DNA of 64,000 bases, taken from assembly GCA_003344405.1 (NCBI GenBank), contig NOWV01000105.1, positions 62,001 through 126,000 of the forward strand. The letters run 5' to 3'. The notes below the pieces were generated by a model. The model was given only the letters and a program-made list of their open reading frames with translations. It ran no database searches and was not told where the DNA came from. The stretch comes from Trichoplax sp. H2 (Eukaryota). Position 1 is the stretch's first letter. Each line of letters opens with the position of its first letter. The position numbers and the translations under genes are program-made. Of the stretch, positions 1 to 13,800 are shown one piece after another.

Positions 1-786
1 AGTACTCTAGAAAATACACATATACATAGCATTGACGTAGCATGGCTTATAATAAAGTTGAAATTAGAGGCAATGCTGAATCAAATCCAGTTCTTAATCT
101 TTGCAAATACCTGTATTCTGAAAGTACCGTAATTTACATTGGCCTTGATTTAATTATATCGTAGACAAGGTAATATAACACTGTCATTATTTATGCTAGT
201 TCAAGAAATAATATATAATACCCAGTTAACTATTAAACTATCAATTCCCATCATGAAGTACAGAGTAAATTACGAATTAGGACGAGAATTAAAACTACAG
301 TTAAAGTTGTTGCTTCATTCTTCTTTCAATCTTCAGATGTTATGCATGATTATAAATTAATTTTTTAACCTCCTCGTCAACATACTTATATGATGTACAG
401 GCTATACTACTTACGAGTAGACCTGATCATTACCTATAAAGTAGAATGATAGCTTACAAAAAATTGTCTTATTTTTTATTATTAATAGTAAGACTCTTCA
501 AAAAAATAATTTGTAATTTGGCTGACAATTCTGGCTAGACAACACTTAGAATATGTAATTTCAGGTCTGAACTTTGACTCTATCAAGGCCAAATATGCAG
601 GAACTTTATGTCTATAATAAGATGACATTGATATCTGTTCATGAACCTTAATTACGATAGTAACATTTATATCAATTTCTAGTATCCAATTTCCCCCTTC
701 CCCTTTAGGTCTTAAGGTTAAAAGTGTAAATTATAGACAAGTAATAAAAGCGGAATAGTGATTTGGTAACAATCGTAATTGAAAGT

Positions 787-1273
787 TGTGATGGAGGGTT
801 CGATATCTCAGAGGATTGAGATTTAGTCACCATTTACAATTATTACAACAAAGGGTTTATGAAAGTTATGCTTTATTGTAGGTTAGTAATGTGAAGTACA
901 GTGAGGTAGTTACGGTAGATCAGCGTGCAAGCTGTCGTGAGTAACGAGTAGAAGTATTAGACTGTAAGAGACTAACTAGAAGACTAACTGAGAGGCTAAC
1001 GAACTCTGAGGTAGAAATCGCCAGTATTTATAGTTTTAAAGATAGAGCACACGCAAAGCATAGGATTGTGGAATTAGATACAACATATACCATAACAGGT
1101 TACAAAATAGCAGATGATTGTAGAAAACAGCGAGTACCGTAATAACTTAAATACAGTAGTCTATATATGAATGTAGAGTAAGCGGACTGTAGATCTGTCT
1201 AAATATAAGAGCAATACAACATGTCTATATTTAAGAGTAGAATATAGTTAGAGTATATTCTAAATACACTACA
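787..1273 (-). mobile_element. Probable solo LTR of an LTR retrotransposon (487 bp)
   Basis: Begins TGTGATG (787) and ends CACTACA (1273), giving TG...CA ends with an imperfect terminal inverted repeat. Flanked by the identical 5-bp direct repeat AAAGT (782-786 and 1274-1278). On the minus strand TATAAATA (1025-1032) precedes AATAAA (872-877), the U3-R-U5 order. Confidence 0.68.
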
Positions 1274-4200
1274 AAAGTGAAGAATCTAGAGATGCAGAGC
1301 TTTCGTACAAAGTTTATCTAATATAAATTCTACGCTTACATATAAATGAAAGTTTGAGCTATAACAACAAGATTTATATGGATTACTAATTACCTTAGAG
1401 TTGGTTTTATCCCTTCGAAAATAGCCGCATAACACAAGTATGAATGAGCTAGAATCGCAATTAGATAATAATTATAATTTAAATCCAAAAATCTAAAGAT
1501 GTTGAAATGTCGTTCAATACTCGTATAGTCGAATAAAAGTTAAGATGATGGTTTAAATTGTAAATAAAGAGTCTAAAAGATATAAAAATGATATACTATA
1601 GATAGAGAAGACTTCTTCTCTATCTTAAAATTTATCATGTGTAGTGCTGATCTCCTTTGCTAATTATGATAAGATAGCTAAGACGACGGCATTAATCAGC
1701 ATTACGGTAGTATTGTAATGTCAATTTTTGGCTTTCAGATCTTAATTATTATACAGTAAATGGACAAATATTAATTTAAAAGGCAGAATCTAAGAGACAA
1801 AACTATATGATAAAGTACAGAACGTGTATCTAATGCAAGTTATACAGAAATGTTGCCTGTCTTGTTTTTGTTTTCTTATATATCTTTTAAATATGAGTAT
1901 AGTATTAATAAAAAATCCATCTTGTGATAAGAAACGATCTTTAATAATTTAGATTTTTAAGCAACAATTCTAGAAAATGAATAAATAAATTGTTTAAATA
2001 TACATGTATACTAGTGTACCCGGGCTAAATACCCCCGTTGAAAATTTTCTGATGCTTTATGTTGCAAATATGATACCAAGAAAGCAATCTTTGCTCATAG
2101 GCTTTAAAATTGGTAATTTAGAAAATAAAAAACAAACAAACATGATTTTAAATCCATATAACTACAAATTTGAAATCAGTGATACTTTCACATTTCTAAG
2201 CAGCACTTCAAATTAAGGTGGCTCAGGGTAACTTTAAAATTAGCGTAATTTTGGTAGTTTATTGCTCAGGACTAGTACATTAATCACAGCAACTACACAT
2301 CATTTCACCTACGGCAATGAAGTCAAAATAGATGAAAGCTGTAGTTCCTAAATTACGATCCAGTAGCACCCAGTAGAAGGGCATCTTGAGCGTAGAAATA
2401 AGGTAATAAGAGCAGTCAGAGCTAGTATTGCGGTAGTATATGATAATCTAAAAATCAGTAAATTAGAAGCTTACTGATGTATATATAGTTAGCAATAGAT
2501 GAAATACGATATGTTAACCATAAAGGCATAAATAAAAGCAAACACTGTATATGTACGTATGTAATACTACTTCCCTATATTAACTACAATCAACTCACAA
2601 GAATGAGTAAGACTCGGTTAATATAAAAAGTTTATTACGATGTTAAAATACAGGCATTAAAAACTACGGATATAATATCAAAAGAATATCTATGTCTTCT
2701 TCAAGCTAACCTATGAATGAATCTATCTACCTCTACAATTATATTAGCCTCCTTATATATCTATCTTTGATGTAAATATTTACATCAAAACTCTATCACA
2801 ATTTTCCCTCCCTCAATTTTTCCTCTATCACAATTTTACACCGCTACATCTTTCCGATTCCCACCAATAGATAATTAATAGCAGATATAGCGCTAACATA
2901 GGAAGAACTGACACCATGTTCCACACAACTAGAGACAATTTAATATTACCGTTACAACGTATATGATGATTGTATGGTAGTACTTGTAATACAGTAAGTG
3001 ATAACATTGTAAAAGGCGGACCGATAAGTTACTAATTGTAGTGCGAAGTATAAATTGTAATCGTATCGAGGTATAACCTCGTGTAGCTATAAATACCGAT
3101 CAACTAATAATAAAATGCGGTTATCAATCTTATTATTGAAGAACATAACACTTACCCCAATAGGAAATTGGAAATTACATGACGTCTTGACAGTATAATA
3201 AAATTGCGAATATTTACTGTCTAATAACCTAACTATCATTCCATTTTTAGTATCTAATAACTAAATGTGCTCCAGCACTTCTATCAGCGACTACTAAAAA
3301 TTATCTTCACTTTCGTCATTTTAGTAATCCTTGGATATGATCTTAATCCTGGAGATTCTGGGCCTAGGAGAATAATTATTGTAGAGCTAGCTTATAAATA
3401 ATGATGCAATTTTACTACTTTTGCCCTTACTTAGTCATACAACTCTGGCAGATAATCTTACCGCAATTCCCTTTTTAATTTACAATAAAAACTGCTTTAC
3501 TAAACAGAGACACTAAAAAATATATACTATTTGGTTATGGTACCCAAAGTAGTCTACTAGCCCCAAGATTATCGTCTAAGAGCTAGAATCATCTGTCTCT
3601 TATATTATTTCTATGTTCGATTCGTGTACCAAAACTATGTCGCATGAACACATCGACTGATACGATCTAATCGCGGCCATAGTCACTGTGACTTAGCCAT
3701 ACAACCCTGACAGATGATCTTATCCCATTCTTTTACTTAATATATAACAAAATTATTACTTCGCTAAGGGCTACTAAAAATTAAGTTGATTGCCTGTTGT
3801 TGGTAATTCGTTTTAAACTGGAGATATCTATCTTAGAAATTTTAGCTCTGATTCATGGATGAGAATCATTAAAGTAGCAAATTGATAAGATCTAATTACC
3901 ACCGTAGTCATCACTATTTAGCCTACAACACTAACAGATAATCTTTCTGTTGTTCTTTACTTCGTTTTTAATAACTATAGTAAACATTGCTCTCCCTGGA
4001 ACTAATAATACCGTACTTTCATTCTTCAGTATACCTTTAGCAATTCTCAGGTGTCTAAGAAATCAAGTGCTGTATATCCTTTGCTCTAAATTTAATCTCT
4101 TTTGCTGTTATTTATTCCTTCTCGTATTAATGTCATCTAATTGAAATCAGCTAATGCAGGCAACAAACTATAATCATCTGCAAATTGTCATAATTATACC

Positions 4201-4835
4201 AATGATACAAACTATGCGTATATCTTGCACTCGTACAGACGCAGAAAATGCTTAAAACTGTTTTTTATTAATTTTAAAAATATGTTTACCGATCTGTTTT
4301 ACAAAGTATTACATCAAAACCCAATATCACTTGCATGCAATAAACAGTATCATCCAAGACACCTTCTACATGGGGATGTTCGTATATTAATGTTACAGGA
4401 AAAGTAAGGATTTCAAGTCCTCAATCGGACTGCTTTTTAATATTATCCCCTATCTAGATTCATCTGATGACATAGACGGTAAAAAATACAAAGAATATTT
4501 CTTATTAACCTAGCAATAATAACTATCTCTATGCTATAATGGGTAATCAGTGTGATGAAATGGATCAATTTATAAAAAAGAATTGACAGCTAATCAGTAG
4601 GTAAGAATTGTAGTAGTAGTACTAGGAGTAGTACAAGTAAAAAGGAGTATTAATACTATGACAGTGAACAATTGGGATTAAGTTCATAACCTGTCAAAAA
4701 TTATGAAATGTGTAACAAAACAAATTGAGCGTAATTGAATCTATCACAACGCCAGTAATTCAATTATTGTAAATGGTTAAACAAATTGTAATATCATAGA
4801 AAATGTATAAAAATCGGTCGAATGGAAATAATCAT

Positions 4836-7800
4836 TTACTGGTAGATATCAGCGTCGTCTTTGCTTTCATAAAGTGGATTGGCTACAGCCGTTTGGCCAT
4901 CGCCACTGTTACTTTCTGTTGTTTCGCTGAAATCACGTAGTGTCGGTTCTTTATCATCATCTTGGTAGGCTTCGTAATTTTGATTTCCCAAGGTACGTTT
5001 GGTAAAGATTTGTGTTACTGATCCCCTACGGATAAAAAAAGAGTTAGAAATACAGGATTAATAAAAGTTGTTTGTTGATAGGGCATGCAATAAGAAGATT
5101 AAAGTAAGGCATAAATTGTGCATCATATTGTTAAAAGCTTACAATTTATCCGCTCTGTACATATAGAAAATTCCACCGATCAGAGCTACTGCAATAAGAG
5201 AACCAATGACTGCGCCAGCAATAGCTCCTCCTGCAACAGATAGATGAATTGATTAGAGAAACTAGATATCAATGAATGTTAAATTAGTCATGGGGGATAT
5301 TAGGCATGCTTTAAAGTCTTACCGTTTGCAGTTTGACTACCAATTTGTGCTACATTAATTACAAAATAGACAGGAGAAAAGATAACAGTTAAAAATTAAG
5401 GACTTGCTTTCAAAGTGGATTTGTAATCTTTAAGGAGACAGTATAACACTTACGACAGCCTGCTTCATCAGATGAATCATAGCAATCGGGAAAACCATTA
5501 CAGTGTAGGGTGCTGTTAATACAACCGCCATTGTTACCACATTTGAATTCATTAGCAGTACAAGGTCTGTTGAGGACTCCTATGTGGGGTTGGAAATAAG
5601 AATTGAAGGGTTACGAATTTAGTAAATGTCGACAATATTAGCTTTCAATATTACGTTAAGTTTTATTTAATTTCAATAGATTTACTTGGATGGGTAATAT
5701 ATTAGATTTAATTGAATTATTATCGAACAAATTGTCCGCGTAGATAACTAGAAGAAAACAGAATAGTGTGAAAACTTACCACAACGGTCTTCATCCATAG
5801 CATTGTTGCAATCAATGATACCGTCGCAACGCCATGTGTTGGGGATACATACAGTTTTATTATTGATGGGGCATGAGAATGTATAGCTGGGATTGTTACA
5901 TTGGTTATTAACTAAGGGCAATGGTACGATTGGTGATCCTTTTATGGATTAAAAGATTGATAAATAGCGTTAGATAAAAATAATGGTTTTATATCGTGGA
6001 ATACTAATGATTTAGTAAGTGATGACGGCTGCAAAAATTACCTCCAACATAACATCCTGGTGTAAAGACAACATCGTCAACGGCCATATCACTGGTGAAA
6101 CTAGTACCAAGAACTCCTTGGAATACAACACGGAAAGGTTGAGCACTGTTGAGCATTGCATTACCTCTGTACCAACTTTGTCCTATTGATCATGAATTAA
6201 AATTCGATTTTGTTAATAGATGGATGCAACTATACACGTACGTATTTAACAATTAAGGAAGAAAATCCAACAATAGCGAGTAGAATCATGATGTAATAAA
6301 CAACCTTGATTGCCAGACTTTTGCCAAACTACACTTAGTGTACGATTTAATGTTACGTCCATGATGACAACTTTCAATGTTCCCATAGAAGCACCGTACA
6401 TATTATACCAGAATTTAATCCAGCATACTCCCTGGCTAGCAGGTAAAGTGGGTCCAGCCAAGAAAGCTGTGTCGTAGTCGTTGCGTGGGAATGATGCTTC
6501 CGTAAAAACAAAGTAGCCTATAGAGAAATAAATTTATGCATCAGACAAACTGTTTATCATCCACTTTTAATTTCAATTTTAAGGTTACGATGATAAATGC
6601 CATCAAGATTGAATTTGGATTGAAAGCTATTGAAAAGCATTTTAATTTCATAACATTTTTCCATTTGTGATTTTCTTAACATTATGTTTTTAACGCTTAT
6701 TTTATATCCTTCAATCTATTTCATGCAGTTACCAGTTGATGTCGATTGTGTAGTGTGATCGTTGTTTGGACCGGTGGAACCAGAGTTTGTTGTCATTGCT
6801 CGTGTCCAGTTGAAATCACCATTGAGCAAGTTGGTGAAGTTACAGAATCCAGTATCGAATGTGCAATCGGCATAGTTGTATTCTATATTAAGAAAAGATG
6901 GGGATCAATAAATGATTAATTGATCTTGATTAACGTGTATATTTTACACAATTGGTTCTTCGTGGCATTAAACGCTATTAATAAGATTGAAAATTTTGGA
7001 ATATTTACTGCATGCAGATGGAGCCTCGTCGGAACCGTCGGGACAATCATTCTGGCGATCGCACTGCCAAAGTTTAGATATACATTGGCCACTTGTAGCG
7101 CATTTAAATTCTTGGCGAGTGCAGGCGCGTTGAGCTATGCAAGAAAAAAAAAGAACCCCCGCATTTTAATTTATTTCTAAAGTATAACCATAACGTCATT
7201 ATTTTTAGCCAACAGCTTAGTATAAGAATATTATATCCCGAGTACGGAATTGAAAAAAATATTTTCTCTCTCACTTGTAAAACAGTTGTTGAATTGAATA
7301 TCGTCCATAGCTAGACCATATAGCCTACTTGATCCGGTTGAACCACCGATTAAAATGCGGAAATTTTGTTGGATGCCAATATTAACGGTGGCTTTTTGCC
7401 ATGCTGTTCCCTTGCTATCACCGTTGGTAAAGTATGCCATCTGGATAGTTTGAGTTGAAGTTTGAACATAGACGCCAATGAAATAGTAAGTGTAGATTCT
7501 ATATTTTGCGTACCAGAAAGACATTGTACATTGTGGGCTTGATGCAGCATAGAGTGCGCTTTCTAACATTCCTACGTAACGATTTATTGAAGAGGCACCG
7601 GTAGTCATTGGTCGCATGTACATGTAATAACCAGATGAAGAGTTACTGGTATGATCGATTTTGGGTGCTCGTGAAATAGGATTGGATCCAGCCAGAGTTC
7701 TTGTCCAGTTACGGCGAGATCCGTAGCCAGCATTGTACCAGCCGCAAGTACCAGTATCAAAGTTACAATTGGTGCCACAGTTAGCTTCATCAGAGTTATC

Positions 7801-10800
7801 ACCACAGTCATTCTTAAAGTTACAGACAGAACTTCGTGGGATACATTTACCATTTTTACAGCCAAATGAGCTATTGCTACTACAACCTGGGGTTGGGAAT
7901 CCTGAATTAGGTGGTCTGACGGTAATACCAGGGATTTGAATATTGCCACCGAATGCACATCCACTTGTAAATGAAATTGCATCAATACCAATGCGTGCTG
8001 AGTACCTTGTGCCAACAACACCCTCAAAGACTACTTGGAATGGAGCACTACTGACAATCTTGACGGCAACTCTATTCCAGTAGTTAACTGAAGCATTAGC
8101 CACTGAAAATATCGTGTTCATACCATTTGCTGAAGCACTAGTACGAGTATAAACATTCAGTTGACCACCATTTGTAGCTGGAAGCATAAAGTAGTAGAAT
8201 CGGAGATAACAGTTAGCATTGGATGATGCTGCTTTAAATGGTTGGGATGCAAATCGGCTAACATCGCCAGATAGAGCCGGGTAATAGGTATTTAAGTTCA
8301 TGTAATGGCCAGTTGATGCACCAGTATCAACATCTCCACTAGGCCCATTGAATATTAATCCTGTACGACGTATCCAATTGGGCTTGTTAGGCGTATCAAG
8401 GTAGAAATAGCATTCATCCAGCTCAAATCCACATCGACCCATTGCATTCTTGCTGCAAACGCTGTTAGTTTCATCTTGTAGGCCACCACAATCATTGGCA
8501 TAGTCACAAACATATTTAGGATCAACGCAATATCCATTACCGCAGGTAAATGTTGTTTGAGGACATACTGGTTGTCGAATAGGTTGTATGCAATTATTCA
8601 GTTTAATATCATCTAAAGCAATATCACCATTGTATAAAAAGCTTCGTGTTCCTCTAAATTGTAATTGGAAACTTTGTCTTTGGCCAACTTTAACACTTAC
8701 TTGGTACCAGGTATTAGCTCTACCGCCATTTCTTGTCCATAATTGAGTTAAAGTATTACCTCGCTTAGCATTAAGAGATAATCTGCCAACATGAGAGCCA
8801 TACATATGATACCAAAAAGATACTACACATTGTGAACCAGTTCCACCGATGATAGGAGAAGTTAATATTGCTACGTCAGTAAATCGGCCAAAAGATGCAT
8901 CAGTATAAACATAATAGCCTTGACTAGTACCTAAAGTATGATCAACACTAGGTCCAGTGCTTCCAGTATGAGTAGCACCATTATGGCGTTCCCATTTGAA
9001 TTTAATAGCTGTTGAATTGACCGATGTAAATGCACCATTGACAGATTGCGATTGCCAACCGCACATGCTTTGTTCGAATGAACAAGTTTGTTGTATACAA
9101 GCAACTTCATCACTGTTGTCAGCACAATCTTGTCTGAAATCACAAACTTTAGAGAGTAAAATACATTTACCAGTGCTACGGCAGTTAAATTGTGTATTAA
9201 GATTGCAAGTATGGGATACAGCAGTTGTTGGTGGTGGTGCAGAAGTGGGTGGAAGTGGTGGAGCATAGGGTAAGGATTGTGTTGTAGACTTGCAAGTTGA
9301 AGTGAAAGAAACATCATCGATTGCGATATCACCAGAGAAACTATCGCCAACAGTAGCTTGGATAACTAATTGTGTCAATTTACCAGATGGTAAAGTCACT
9401 GTCACTTTACGCCAGATATCACCTTGAGGACCTCTTCTAGCAAAGAGTTGAGTCATAGTTCCGTTACTTTGTGTTCTAGTTAAAATGGCGAAATTGCCAA
9501 TGGTCTGACCGTACATATGGTAGTATAAAGTCATTCTACAGTTGCTGGTAGATGTCAGATCAAAAACTGAGCTCAATAGATTAGCAACTTGTCCATATTG
9601 CAAAAGTCCAGATGTTTCTAAGTAGTAGTAATAACCTTTGTAAGTACCAAGAGTGTGATCACGACTGGGGCCAGTATAGACGCTGAATGTAGGTCCAGCT
9701 CTTCGTGTCCAATTCAATTGATCAGTGACTAAATCTTGCGTCAAATAAGCACAATTGGGAGTTTCAAAGTTACATTGCTTATAAGTTGAGCATGAAGCTT
9801 CATCGGAGTTATCACCACAATCGTTTGTCATATCGCAGACTTGATCATTTGGAATACAGGAACCGCGTTGACAACGGAATTGGCCTAAAGAACAGGTAGG
9901 TTGTGATGGGGCATAAGCGCAATTAATAAAGTTGACATCATCGATTGCAACAGCTCCATCGAAGGCAACAAAATGGAAACCATAGAAAATAATCTATAGA
10001 ATAAGAAAATAAATGAAGTATTACTTTTGTATCTATTAGATGTAGCGAGTAGTGTTATTTTAAATTGTCATCGATGTCATTAATATGTAGTTGTACAGAC
10101 ATAGTATAACTGATTGCTACTAACTGTCATATAGTAACATGCAGTACTATAATCGAACATAGTGTTCGATAGATGAAGAGATATTTTAGAGATAGTATGT
10201 ATAAGATGCGTATTATTAATACAGCAATGAGTTAGTTCGATAGCATTTTAATACTTTACTAGATCCACAAAATTATGCTCATCTATAACATTAAGGAATG
10301 GTAGGTATTGACTAAAATAGGAAGTCTATATAAGTAAGTACGTGTGTTCATCGAGATAGTCGATATTACATTAATTGCTTACTTGGAATGGTTTAGTTCT
10401 GGCACCAATGCCTACTGTAGCATTACGCCAACCAGAGGAAATAGTACCTTGTGTTTCCCACAGAATCGTTGGTTGAGTATCACCTTGATTTAATATGTGT
10501 GCTTGAAGTCTGCCAGGAGAATTTCCGTTGTAATAATACCAAAATTGCAATAAACATTGCGAGCTAGCATGTTGGTACATTCCAGTTGTTATGTTTGTTC
10601 GTAAGTTATTGTAGGGTACACCAGCACTTGGATTGGTAGGCGCAATTACACCACCGTAGTAGACATAGTGGCCATTGCCTGTTCCCGTAGAATGATCAGA
10701 TCGAATACTTTGCTTTTCTGCTGCATCATGGGCTAATGCATACTGCCATTTAAAGGTATAAAGTGGATTGGTGCTTTGGGTTACTGTCATGCCGCACATA

Positions 10801-13800
10801 TTTTTCTCAAAATCACATTGAGATGGACAAGCCCATTCATCCGATCCGTCGCCACAGTCGGCGATGAAATCGCAAGTTTTACTCTTAGGGATGCAGTTAC
10901 CATTATTATAACAACCAAATTGTGTTGATGAACAAGTATTGGGAGCTCGTTGTGTTGGTGTTGAAGTAGTCAATGGAGCAGGTGTAGAAGTGGCTGTCAC
11001 TGGGAAAGTACCTGTGAATAGCTGGCATCCTGGTGTGAGTGAAATATCATCGATGGCAATATCACTGGTGAAACTGCTACTAACAGCAGCTTCGATAACG
11101 ACTTGGAATGGTTTACTAGATATAAGTGGAACTGATGCACGAAGCCATGATGGTCCCTTGTTGCCGTAAAGACTTAGTCGGGTAGTATAGGTACCACCAA
11201 TACTTGTTCTATATCGAACTCTAAGGTATCGAACTCTGCTTCCGTACATGTTGTAGAAGAATCGGATACGACAATTGGAAGCACTAGTTGTCGCTGCAAT
11301 TGGTTTACTTGCTAATCGAGCGATATCGTTAAAGTTACGACGAGAGCCATCAGCATAGGCATAATTACCGCTATAAGTACCAAGAGTATGATCGCGGTAA
11401 GGGCCAGTGTTAGGTGTTGCTGCGGGGCCATTGGTAATAGACCAATCGAAATCATCGTCCTTAAGATTAGTCCATCCGCAGAATCCAGCTTGGAAATTAC
11501 ATGTCTGTTGGTAATTAACACAGTTGGTTTCATCATAGCCATCTAAACAATCTTGTGAGAAATCACACAATAAATCTTTGCTAATACAGAAACTGTTTGG
11601 ACAGACGATTTGAGATGATGAAGGAGTAACACATTGAGTAGGTACTTTACAACTACTAAATAAAAGATCATCTAGTGCAATATCTCCTTGGAATCCACTG
11701 CCACGTAATGCTTCAAATTGAAGCTAAAGAAAAAGTCAAAGAAAAAGTGAAAGATATACATTGATATTAGTATAATGTAATTGATTGATCGATTATTTCG
11801 TTATACTGAGTACATTTATATAGAAGCAATAGCATTAAAAACGCTATAGGGGTAATTAAATTTACCCTGAAGGGTTGTTGTCTTCTGCCTATGGTTACTG
11901 CAGTTCTTGACCAATAATTTCCTCGGTTACCGCTTAATCCCCATAATTGTGCAATGCGCTGACCTTGAGCATTGAGCATGTATAACGCCAGTGAACCAAT
12001 ATCTTGGCCATACATATGACTATAGAAAGTAAATTTACAGGTTGCAGGTACTGGTTGAATAAGAGGTCCACGTAGATCAGCACGATGGCCAATTCTTCCA
12101 CCAGAAACTTCAGTATACATGTACCAGCCTGAGGTAGAGAAAGTAGTATGATCATAGCTAGGTCCTGTACTAATAGATGGAGTGCTGCCTTGACGTCTTG
12201 TCCAGTTAAAGTTATCAGTGTATGAATTTTGCCATCCACATTGTCCGGTTTCGAAAGTACAAGAGCCACAGTTGGCTTCATCAGAACCATCGGAACATTC
12301 AGTAACGAAATTACAAATGGATGACATAGCTAAGCATTTAGATCCTGCATCGCAGCTAAATGTAGTACATTGGCCAGCTGGAGTTGGTGATGCAGTTGGT
12401 TGTCCAGGTAGTACACCGCCAAATTTGCATCCAGGTGTAAATGAAATATCATCAATGGCGATATCACCTTGGAAGCTTGGTCCTACTTTGCCGGTAATAA
12501 CTACTTGATAGGCAGCTGAAGATGTTGGCAAATTGACAGAAGCTTTGATCCATGATGGGCCTTGATTGCCTGATTTCGACCATTGTTGACTCATAGAGCC
12601 AGTATAACTTGTTCGTGTTGATACAGTAAGACTACCAACATCCGGTCCAAGCATGTTGTACCAAAATCGCATAATGCAACCGCTAGAAGTTGGCGATAAA
12701 ATTGGACTACCAAGGGATGCAGTTTCATTGGGTGATCGAGGGAAAGAAGTTTCAATCATATAATAAGTGCCTAGTGAAGGAGATATGATGATAATTATTA
12801 GATTGATCAATTCTGTCAAAGTAGATCATGATCATAATGGTAACCAAGGGGATATAGGGATATTCATAATATCCTTAAAGTATATGAAAGTTGAATACTG
12901 TATAGAGGAAATGGATTTTAGATTTAAAAGCTTACCTGTTGAACTTCCAGTGGTATGATCAGCTTGGGGTCCTGTACCAGAACTAATGGTACTGCCTTGT
13001 TCTGCTTCCCAATCGAAGTTATCCGATTTCAATTGCATCCAACCACATAAGCCATTTTCGAAATTGCATCTGGTATAGCCAGCTAATTGAAATAAGCAGA
13101 TAGAAGTTATAAACTTGTCATCACAACGAATCACCTACTAGGGCTCTTATAACATCTAGATATCTCGAAAAATAATTCGATATTGACTTAAAAGTACTTA
13201 TGTAAAGAGATAGTATAATCATCAAAATGCAAAATTTTCGAATTCATTGCTTTAAATGAGCTAGATAATATATCGCTACGTGTGTTTTATTGGATGAAAA
13301 TTTGTTACTTACTGCAAGAGTTTTCGTCACTGCTGTCGCAGCAATCCTGACCAAAGTCACATTTGCTACTAACTGGATAGCAGGCACTATTGTCTGCGCA
13401 TTTAAGTTGGCCACTTGCACATGTAGTTTGGGTAGTCTTTAAGCAATTATTTAATGATATGTCATCAACGGCGATATCACCTGCCGTTCCAAAGAAATCT
13501 GTTGAACCAATGAAGGAAATCTATCCAAAGAATAAATATAGCATAAATTAAACTGTGACTTAAATTAAAAATGGATAGGGTAGTACACTATTCCATATAC
13601 CTGGAATGCTGATGCACAACGTGGAATTGGAATATTTGTAGCTTGTATCCAATTATTGCCTTGACCGTTTGATTTTGACCAAACTTGTTTTGTTCCTGTA
13701 GGAGATGCAATCTGAACTTTAAGACTACCAATATCGAAGCCGTACATGTGATACCAGAAAGATAAAGTACAGGATAGGCCGGGGTTCTGGTAAAATGGAC

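Noticed and set aside
2004-2320. 70-aa ORF and a TTAAGGTGGCTC motif resembling a DNA-transposon/MITE end
   Set aside because: No matching opposite terminus was found, and the ORF has no recognisable similarity.
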